Source: Vermamoeba vermiformis (taxonomy: Eukaryota). Taken from it: 64,000 nt of DNA. The notes beneath the pieces were generated by a model. That model saw nothing but the letters and a program-made list of their open reading frames with translations, was not told the DNA's origin and did not search any database. Position numbers and translations under genes: made by a program. Within the stretch, counting starts at the first letter, position 1. The number at the start of each line of letters is the position of its first letter. Shown here piece after piece: positions 25,212 to 35,393 of the stretch. Location of the stretch: the NCBI GenBank assembly GCA_045837725.1, contig JBEWZL010000123.1:124001-188000 (forward strand). Reading direction: 5' to 3'.

Positions 25212-27221
25212 ATGAGTATGTATTCGTCACATTATGACTGCGATCCAAATCTCTCTGACAAATGATGATGCGATTGTATATTAATAATAATAGTGTTAAT
25301 AATTGCTATGATAATTATCGTATGCATTTATAACATTGGAAGATCTCAATTAATTTATTATACAAATAATTATTAATTATTTTTGGATTTAGTGAATATG
25401 AATGCCCTGGCCAGCAGCATTGCTGTTGATGAGTTTGGTCGACCATTCATTATTTTGCGAGAACACAAGCAAGAAAGACTTCAAGGAATTGACGCTTTGA
25501 AAGTATGAATCCGTAACAGCTTCGGATTTGGATCGAAACTAATTTTGTATTTGTCTGCAGCATCATATTCTTGCCGCTAAGAGTGTCGCCAATATTATGC
25601 GCACTTCACTTGGCCCAAAGGGTAAGTTACTAAGGCAACATCAAAATCAGATCTGACAAGTCGTTACATCAGGTATGGACAAGATGCTTGTCAGCTCAGA
25701 TGGTGATGTTACTGTCACCAATGACGGTGCTACTATTTTGGACAATATGGAGGTGAGTCTTCGTATTCTAACGCATTCGCCTTTAACACACGCGCAGATT
25801 GAAGATCAGATCGCCAAGTTGATGGTCGAACTGTCCAAGTCGCAAGACGACGAGATTGGTGACGGCACTACTGGCGTGGTCGTGCTCGCTGGTGCACTCT
25901 TGGAACAGGCTGAGGCACTCATCGACAAAGGTCTGCATCCTAGCCGCATCTCCAAGGGCTACGACATGGCCTGCGAAGTGGCCGTGCAACACTTGCAGAG
26001 CATCGCTGAGAGCGTGCAATACACGCGCGAGAACTTGGCACCGCTCGTTGAGATTGTTCAGGCCTCATTGGGCTCAAAGATGTAAGTCTAGTGACATGTT
26101 TGTGCAGACCTCAATTTGACACCTGTCACAGCGTCAACCGCATTCAACGCAAGTTAGCAGAGATTGCCGTGCAAGCAGTGGTGTCAGTGGCAGATTTGGA
26201 GCGCAAAGATGTGAACTTAGATCTGATCAAACTCGAAGGCAAGGTCGGTGGTTCATTGGAGGACACTGCCATCGTGAAGGGCATTGTGATTGACAAGGAG
26301 TTCAGTCACCCGCAAATGCCGCGCGAGATCAAAGACGCCAAGATCTGCATTCTGACCACCCCCTTCGAGCCCCCCAAGCCCAAGAGCGAGACCAAGCTCA
26401 AGGTGAAGAGCGCGGAGGACTACTTCAAACTGGCTCAAGCCGAGCAACACTACTTCACAGACATGGTCAAGAAGGTCAAGGACTCAGGCGCCAATCTCGC
26501 GCTCTGTCAGTGGGGCTTTGACGACGAGGCCAATCACTTGATGCTCGTCAATGACTTGCCTGCTGTGCGTTGGGTCGGTGGCGTTGAAATTGAATTGATT
26601 GCCATCGCTACTGGTGCTAGAATTATTCCGCGATTCAGTGAAATCTCTGCTGACAAACTCGGCCGTGCTGGTCGCGTGCGTGAAATTTCCTTCGGCACGA
26701 CCAAGGACCGCATGATTGTGATTGAAGACTGCCCCAACAGCAAGGCCATCACTATCTTTGTGCGCGGTGGCAACAAGATGCTCATCGACGAGGCCAAGCG
26801 CAGCATTCACGACGCACTTTGCGTGGCCAGAACGTTTGTGCGTGACAACCGCATTGTCTTCGGTGGTGGTGCCGCTGAAATTTCATCCGCCCTCGCCGTC
26901 TCCAAGGCAGCTGCAAAGATCTCCACCGTCGAACAGTACGCCGTGCGCGCCTTTGCCAATGCATTAGAGGCCGTGCCCGTCGCCCTGGCCGAGAACTCAG
27001 GTCTGCCAGCGATTGAAACTGTGAGTGCCGTGAAGGCACGTCAAGAGAAGGAACACAACCCGCGCCTCGGAGTGGACTGTTTGAGCAAGGGCACCAATGA
27101 CATGCGCGAGCAGCACGTGTTTGAAGCACTCATCTCCAAGCGCGCGCAGTTCATGTTGGCCACACAGGTGGTGAAGATGATTCTCAAGATTGATGACGTC
27201 ATCAAGAAGGGCTCGTTCTAA
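25212..27221 (+). CDS. CCT5: Chaperonin CCT epsilon subunit
   Basis: [79 protein letters not shown]. Start is either 25212 (ATGA mini-exon) or 25398. Confidence 0.97.
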
Positions 27222-27305
27222 GACAACTGAGCTGATTTTGATTGGTCGACAACAATTGCCTTATATAGTAATAAAAACGCGAAAATTGTAACAGCTCAGC
27301 GAGTG

Positions 27306-28763
27306 TTATTTATTGTTTGGCGTTGTATTCAATACGACGTCGTATTTGTTCGCTGTTCGTTCGGCACAGCGCAGTTTAGCAGATCTGGCTCGTGGATTGC
27401 TGTCAATCTCCGCTTGGGTCGGTCGAATTGCCTTTTTGGTCACGAGTTCGAGCGCTGGTCCGTGAGTCACGTGACTTGCCAAATTAGGACGTATTTGTGC
27501 TTTACCAATACGATGCGAGGCATAATCTACTAATCAAATTAGCTCCCGAATGTCAAAAGTGTCAATGTGTCACCTCCGCGCAGTCCACTCGCGTACTGCA
27601 AATAAGACTTGACCTGTATATACAACTGCATTATAATAGCAGCACTAATATCTATTAACACTGACCAAGCGATCTTCCAGCGAATGAAATGTCACCACCA
27701 CTAGTCGTCCACCAGGGCTCAGCACTGCTGTCGCTGCTTGCAATCCCCGTTCAATCTCCTCCAACTGTCACGTGTCACTTTCATTGCCATATTTAGACTC
27801 GCACTTACCTCTTGATTGACGAACATGCGCAATGCTTGAAATGTTTGCGTGGCTGGGTCGCTGTGTTTGCCCGGTGGAGGTCTCGGTTTGACACGTGTCA
27901 CGAGTTCGCGCAGCTGCTGTGTCGTGCTGAACGGTTGTGATTTCCTTTCTTGGACAATGGCACGTGCTATGGCATGGGCGTGCGGCTCTTCTCCGAGCTA
28001 CAGAGGTCGATTAATTGCTTAATTTGGTAATGTCGTACCTCAAAAATGATCTGTGCCAGTCGGTCCTGGTCAAAGGTGTTGATCACGCGTGCAGCTGTCA
28101 GACCCTGATCAGCGGTGTCCATGCGCATGTCAAGGGGCCCTGGTTGACGGAATGAAAAGCCACGTGCCGCAGTGTCAAGCTGCAGACTGGAGACACCGAG
28201 GTCAAACACGACACCTGTCACTTTGCCGATCATGTCTGGCCTGTTCAGTGAATGACACGTGTCAAACTAATGCTCGCATCAACATCGTCACTTACATGTC
28301 GCGTTGCATCACGTGCAGCAGTTGACTGAATCTGGTGTGTTTGGCGATGAATCGCTCGTTGAATGATTGCAAGCGCGTAGAGGCTAGTTGAAGTGCGTCG
28401 TAGTCTCTGTCAAGACCCAACACGCGTACTCGAGGGTGTGAGGCTGCATGCGGATCAGCAACTGAATTGAGCAGTCGCAAGTGACTTACATAATATTTGT
28501 TTGGTGTATCCACCGAGCCCTAGTGTTGCATCAATCACTAGACCTCCTTGATCTTTAATTGCTAATTTTTCAAGCACTTCAGTGAGGAGCACGGGCTTGT
28601 GGATCTGTTCGACATTGATCTGCTTCAGAGGTGATGATTTAGCACTGGTTGATTTCTTCACAATTTTTTTGGCATAATTCCTGTGCTGGAAGTAACTCGC
28701 GAGTGTTAGTGCTGACTTGGAACCCATCCGCGTCTGTATTCGTCGCAAAAGGCTCTGCTGCAT
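27306..28763 (-). CDS. METTL15: RsmH/MraW-family rRNA m4C methyltransferase, probably mitochondrial
   Basis: Basic presequence-like start, [62 protein letters not shown], and [14 protein letters not shown]. Confidence 0.92.
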
Positions 28764-29069
28764 TGAGTAAGCATAACGAGCTGAAATAACAATGGAGCTG
28801 TTGTATTTGTATGTGATAGCACACAGTATTGTGAGACCAGTGATGTCTATTTTCTATCGACAAACGAAATTTCATAATTAAGATATCATCTTTGCATGCC
28901 GAATGTGTTGCTGCTAATCATCCCCCGCACACCTTCAGCGCTGACCACCTCAATAGGTCAATCCCGACTCTAACTGAACAGTCCCACTGGTCAAAGTACT
29001 ACGGCAGCCCTACAAATGTTGCTGAACTTCGGGTGCTATTTACAATTACGAGTATAATACAAGAGAGGC

Positions 29070-31221
29070 CTATTGTTCGTTGCAATAGGTCTCGTAGATG
29101 AGGCGAGAGAGTACTGGCCCTAATTTCTTGCTGCTCGCTGGTCCTTTCAAATCTTTGAGCAGATCCGCGCGCTGTTGACTCGAGCTGAGTGCATTATAGG
29201 CCTGTACGAGTGCGAGTGGTGTGGGGTACTTGGCAGTGATCGCTGCTGCTTTGTCTTCTGAACAGCCGTGCAGCTGGTGCTCGTGTCAGTAACTGCCTAA
29301 TTAGGAAATGCTGTCACTTACTGTCATGAGCTGTTTGGCGAAGATGTCAGTGAGTGTCAAGTCACGTGACTTGGTGTTGCATTCACTGAACTGTTCAAAA
29401 GTCAGGTGCAGTGTGGTCAGACCCTGACCCTTCAACTTGTCACCGATCAGTCTGTCGCTCTCAGTGGTGTGCACGTGACTGCCACAGTGACGCGCTGTCA
29501 AGACACGTGTCATGCGCGCCAAAAACTTGACTGTCTCACTTGCTGTCTGGGTCTGTGGTGACAGTGTTAGTTCACTTGATGACACGTGTCAAATACTGAC
29601 CTGCACAACACGCAGTCCGTCGCTGACAGCAGTTGACGTCAGTGCTGTCAACAGAGTCTCCTTTTTGACACCCCCAGGCCGAGGTCGCTGAAAATATCCG
29701 TTGATATCTCCCTCCACGAGATACAGCACGTCACGCACGCCACAGCGGCGCAGTCGGAATTTTTGTTCTAAATTAGGTAAGAGCGTGGACTGCGTGACGA
29801 GAGGGACTTACCCTTGTATCGACCGTCAATGATGCTGGCACAGAGGTCGGGGATCTGTTTGCGCTCAATGATGTGATCGAGCAGCACTTCAGCCCCGCGA
29901 TCAGTGCGACCGAGCCACACGACGTCACCGAGCTCCAACTTGCGCACTTGACACGTGACACCTTCTTTCACCAGCTGATCGTGCAGATAACTCCGCTCCT
30001 TTTGCGTCTTGATCTCGCGGTTGTCGAGCACGACGATCACTTCTTCGATCACGTGCTCGGTCAGAGTGTCACTTTGACACGTGTCATCAGATGTCACTGA
30101 TCGATCTCCATGCGATTGTGCGCGCTCAAACTGTTGCAGATCTGCGAGCAGATGATTGACACGTGTCACACTCGGTGCAGTCACTGCTTTGACAGGTGTC
30201 TCTTGCCACTCCGCACTGTCGCGCCAAGTGTCAACATCAGGTGTCTGTGCGTGCAATTGTTCCGCTAGTGCACGGCCTTGGTCAGTGAGCGAGTAGCGCG
30301 CAGGTCTGCCATCACGTGACACGAGCACGTGCTTTTCAAGTGTGGCCATGCCACCCCAAGCAGTCGCGTGATAGGGCATGCCTGGCGCTGGTTCAAATGA
30401 GGCGTCAGCGAGGGGTGCAGCACGTGCGATGAGTGCTGTCTTGCTGAGCCCAGACAGTGACGTGTCAGACCCTGGTAGAGAGCACGTGATCAGTGCGTGG
30501 CGGTACAGGGCCAGCAACAGGGCCCAGGCACCACTGCGCACTTTGGGCACGTATTGTTTGACAGGCTTGGACTTGGGCACTGTCTCTGCGCTCTCAGTGG
30601 TCTTGGCGCGTGTCGTCTTCTTCTTCTTGAGCTGGGGCTCGTCAGTTGAATCACGTGACTCGGTGTGGTGAGCACGTGATTCAGCAGGGACGTTTGGATC
30701 TGCTCTGTTCTCTTGCTCCTCAGTGTCTGCACGTTCTAAGCAGTCGCATTAGCTACACTGTGCACATTGTCACTCGCTACCAGTACGTACTGCGCTTAGC
30801 ACTCTTCTTTGCGGGTGTGACGGGCACGAAGGGCTGACGGCAGTGCGGATCTGGCTCAAAACTCGCTTCAGGGTGTTTGCGACGGTACTCGTCGAACTTA
30901 TCTGCTAATTTCTTGGCAATGAACTTGCCCACGCCATCGAGTACCATGGCCTGTTCGCCCGAATAGAGTGGTGCTGGATATTTTTGAAAGGAACGGATGG
31001 CCTGCACAAATTAATTGATTAGTCGAGCACAGACTGCAACAAACACCTGGCACGTATTATATTATCAATGTATATTTATAGCACTATTAAAATAGAGGGC
31101 AATAAAAGTTGCCTACTTTTCTGTAGTTGAGCACCAGCCGATCAGCGTGGCTGGCTTGAGCCTCGCGCTGCAACTCTTTCAAAAAGCGTTCAAAGAGAGG
31201 ATTGGCACTCGACTGAGTCAT
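29070..31221 (-). CDS. MUS81: Crossover junction endonuclease MUS81
   Basis: N-terminal HhH (NPLF..KYPAPLYSGEQAMVLDGVGKFIA), winged helix YVPKVRSGAWALLLAL, ERCC4 nuclease motifs VLDNRE, LELGDVVW and IIERKQIPDL..IIDGRYKEQKFRL, and C-terminal HhH. Confidence 0.94.
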
Positions 31222-31294
31222 AGTTGTGCATAGATACACTTGTTGCGCTCACCTGCTGCTCGATCCGCAGCGAATTGATTTAAAAATGAACGAA

Positions 31295-31304
31295 GGCGCG
31301 AAAA
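31295..31304. promoter_or_regulatory. E2F-like site GGCGCGAAAA upstream of MUS81
   Basis: Matches the TTTSSCGC consensus about 75 nt upstream of the ATG. Similar words lie upstream of POLE2 (1263-1272) and CDC7 (47581-47590). Confidence 0.45.
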
Positions 31305-31587
31305 AAATTTAACTGGCCACTTCCTAATCAGGAAATACAGCCCTGGTGGATGGATCTGAGCCTTAGATATTCCCTTGACACGACTAATATACAGACTGAA
31401 TAGCATTGAAACTACTAATGTGTTCCATCACATCCCCAGATAGATTTTCATTACTATCATTCTTATTATAATAATACTTGCCTTATAATCCCTATATGTG
31501 TACGTGCGTTATAATAGTTATATTATATTCGCGTTAATTAGGGTTTATTATTCACAACAAATATTTCAGCTGATCGCATCGTGTAAT

Positions 31588-32073
31588 TTACCACTTTTGT
31601 TTTTCTTTCTTTTGGGTCATCAAGACTTTAAATCTTCGCTTCAAGATTACTCTGTGACGCGAGTATTTGTCATCGGGGGAGAATCGAGCTACATCCAAGA
31701 CGATCAGTACGCGCAAATAAGATTTGAACGATAAGTTAACAACAAATTATTATTGTCCTTACATAATTATATTTTTATCGCTATAGTGTTATTGCAGTAT
31801 ATTGAGCGTTATTAATCTAAATGCAGGCGAAATAATAAATTTTTAACTTACCGGGATGGGCAGAGATGGTAGCAGAACCATCAGGGGCGGTTTTCTATCG
31901 TTGTTTATGTAATTAATACATCATATTAAATTAATTATAATTTTTTCTGACAAAAATCAATCGAACCGCAACCAGATCAGGTTTCTGATTGCGATCGAAA
32001 CATAATCGACTTGACTTACCGACAAAGTGTAGACACGCTTGCCTTCCTTATCCAAGTAATATCTCAAATGCAT
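31588..32073 (-). CDS. NOP10: H/ACA snoRNP subunit Nop10; 3 exons
   Basis: Spliced [59 protein letters not shown]. Confidence 0.95.
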
Positions 32074-32181
32074 GTTGATAGTATTTGTTGTGTTCTTCGT
32101 GAACTGGGGCACAAAATAATATTTATCGAGCAGATCTAATTTACGCACGAAAAATTATGATAGAAACACAATAGAGACATC

Positions 32182-35100
32182 ATGGGGGCTAAGAACTCGA
32201 CATTTGAAGGAGTAGATGAGGTCAAACAGCTCACTAATCGTAAGATCATTCATTTTGCTGCAGTCTCGTGGCGCAACTACTGATTATTTACGCCTTTTCG
32301 ATCCAGTCACTGACGAAGAAATTCGCACTGTTTACGAACAGTTCATGCGCAAGTATCCTAATGGTGAGATGACTAAAGAGGTACGCAAATTAATTATGAA
32401 AATTGAAGTAATATTCCAATTCGACTTTGAACCCTTCATGATTTCATTTCAATTCAATACGCACACATTATAATATACGGTCGAACATTATTCAATGATA
32501 TCGTATCAACGTCGTAAATTCCATGACACACGCGTAATCTCATCAATACGCACGCAGGAATTCATCGCGGAGAACATGAGCATCAACAGCGGCAGCCGAG
32601 AGTTCTGGGAAGAGATTTTTCATCTGTTTGCGAAACACAGTGGCACGCGCATTGACTACAAAGGTACCTTTCACTTGCACGTCAGTTCTGTCACGTGTGT
32701 TTGAATAGCAGATCTGCAGTGCTTGTAATACCCGATGTTGCAATGCTAACTGACCCCTCTACTAGACTTCATCATTAATTATGGCCTGTTATTGAAGGGC
32801 ACGACTGAAGAGAAATTAGCGTGTAAGTCACTTGACTTGTGTTGTGTGGACTGCTCTTAATCTCCCACGCAAATTCGCGGGAAATTTCGCGTAACAATCA
32901 CGTGATTGGTGATTCATTCTCTGAACGGTGTTTGTGTAGCGCGACACTGACGATGAAATTTCATTCAGGGGCGTTCAAAATGTTCGACACGAAGCAGCGC
33001 GGCTATCTCGAGAACGCGGAGATCAGCGAGCTGTTGCTGTTCTTGTTCGCGTGTGAGAGGCAAGTGCTGATTGCCTAATTAGGAAATACTCACCCTTCCC
33101 TTTGCAGTCGCCATGCCCCGCAAGCACCGGGTTCAGCGCCGCGGAAAAAGTCCTCGTTGCGCACAGCGATCAATCTGAGCGGCACAGCGGAACAATTAAT
33201 GCGCGACATGGACCGCGACGGTGATGGCAAAGTGACGCGCGAAGAATTCATTGCTGCGTGCACCAACAACGAGGGGATTGCACGCGTATTTGAGTCAGCA
33301 CTGCAACGCCTGATTGAAGGTCAGTGTTTGACACTTGCAAGTGACACGTGTCAACGGGCGAGACTAATCTTTGCACCAGTTTCACCGAAGGGCACTACCG
33401 TGGAGATATTTGCAGATCAAGTCGCGGGCCACAAGAAGGCAGGCACGGGCATCATGAAGCAGGGCGACAAGTTGTACAAGCCGTTCACTGCGCGCGAATT
33501 TGAATTCTACGAGTGCATGAAACACTGGCCACGTGTCCCGCGCTTTTTTCCGCAGTACTTTGGTCGCACTCAAGTGCTCGTGCATCAGACTGGCACGCCG
33601 AGCAGTGCTGAACAGACCCTCGTCAACCGTATCCTTATCTGGCTAATTCAATCATTGCACTTATTTTGCTGTACAGCATGACACCTTGACTCTAAAAATA
33701 GATTTTCTCATCCTCGAAGACTTCACCCAGGGCTTCAAAAAGCCGTGCATTTGTGACCTGAAGATTGGTCGGCGCACCACTGAAGAGGACGCGTCGCTGT
33801 TCAAACGGATGCAAATGAACGCTGTGGACACGATCTCGACCTCGGGACAACTAGGGCTTCAGAATATGTGGCATGCGGGTGAGTGAATGACACGTGTCAA
33901 ACAGCAGTCGCTGATCAGTGTCACGTGACAGGTGTACAACACAGCGCGCGAAGAGTACGTGGTGAAAGACAAGCTGTGGGGGGGCTTGTTGTCGTCGAAC
34001 AGCGGCATCAGAGAGGCACTGCTCTTGTTCGCGAACAATGGCCGCGAGATCAGATATGACGTGCTCAGGGCATTTATTCCGCTGGTCGATGAAGTGCTCA
34101 CCTGGTTCAAGACCGAGAATCACATGATGCGCTTTGTGGGCAGCAGCATTCTGCTCATCTACGACGCCGAGGACAAGCAGTGGGGCATTGTGCCACATCA
34201 CCGCCACTTGCATCACGTGAAGCCGCACCGCAGGAAGTCTGAGCCACGCCCGCACCGCGAGAAAGTGATCGCGAGGAGCGAAGAGGGCCCGCACACCACA
34301 CGCGAGATGTACGAGGACTCCGAGAGCGGTGATGCCGTGTCACTGCCGAGTCATCTGTCACCGGTCCGACACGCGACGAGGACTCGTGGAGCACTGTGAG
34401 TGACTCGCCACTGCCCAGCCCACGCACCATGGACGTGGACAAGCCGACCATCAGCAATCACCGCTCATCACCGCAACAAGACTCAAACACCAATCACATC
34501 CCTGCACTCGTGGACCTCAAAGAGCAGCTCAGTTCACTCGGTCAGAATGCATCCAATGAGGCCAGTGTCAGTCCGCGCACGCGAGCACGTGCTGCATCTA
34601 ATTCGCACAAACCATTCACGCGGCCCAATGCCAGCAAGGTGCGTGTCGGACTGGTGGACTTTGCACACACCAGTGCCCTGCAAGAGAATCAACTCGACGA
34701 CGACTACATCTTTGGCGCGGAGAATGTGTTGACACTGCTCGGTGAACTGTGCTTGGAAGAGAAAGACAAGAACTTTGAAGAGCTGTGGATCACTGAGCTA
34801 CGACGAGCACGTCGCAGTGTGTTGGTGCGCATTGAAAACAAGACGAGCAAGACACTCGAATTAGTGACCAAGACACTACTCGGTGAACATCAGCTCTGGG
34901 CTGCAAAGCCTCGTCAACAAATTCCGCCGTTCAGCACCATGGTGTGCGGCACACACGGCGAGAACTCAGTGTCAGGCACGCACGCCACAGTGGACTACGT
35001 GATCAAAGACCCAGCTGCGGACACACCCGCCAAACAGTGCCACTTGGTTGCTGAGTGGGAGAATTCAATCGGCTTGTTTGCGCGTCGAGTGTTTGTGTGC

Positions 35101-35277
35101 AATATGCAAGCAGGAGACGAAGCAGATCCGACAGCTTACGACGCGAGTACACGCACGGCACCCGGGCAGCTGTTGTATCGCGTAGGTGGTGACTGCACTG
35201 AAGCGACATTCACCGTGACAGAATTGACGCGCCCCTCCACCGCCACTGCTGAAGTGAAACAAGAAAAGGAGGATTGA
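32182..35277 (+). CDS. Fusion of an NCS/recoverin-like EF-hand module, an inositol polyphosphate kinase (IPK family) and a C-terminal beta-rich domain; two apparent frameshifts
   Basis: MGAKNS myristoylation-type start, YEQFMRKYPNGEMTKEEF, KGTTEEKLAWAFKMFD, DRDGDGKVTREEF. IPK motifs QVAGH, PCICDLKIG, SSILLIYD and VDFAH. Frame breaks near 33854 and between 34333 and 34396. Confidence 0.8.
33629..33701 (+). other. U12-type (minor spliceosome) GT-AG intron
   Basis: 5' end GTATCCTT, branch ACCTTGAC about 10 nt before the AG. Splicing restores the frame (..LVN-H-FLILED). Confidence 0.85.
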
Positions 35278-35393
35278 ACAGATACTCCTCTTGGCACATG
35301 TAAAATAAAATTCTGTGAATAGCAACGCAATTGTATGATAATATGCTATTTATTATTAATAATGCAACAAAATAAATAAAAGGGAGCTGTTGT

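Noticed and set aside
1892-33899. Recurrent 10-12 bp palindromes as a CRISPR array or MITE family
   Set aside because: No regular spacing, no shared flanks, no terminal repeats with target-site duplications, no cas or transposase genes; the host is a eukaryote.
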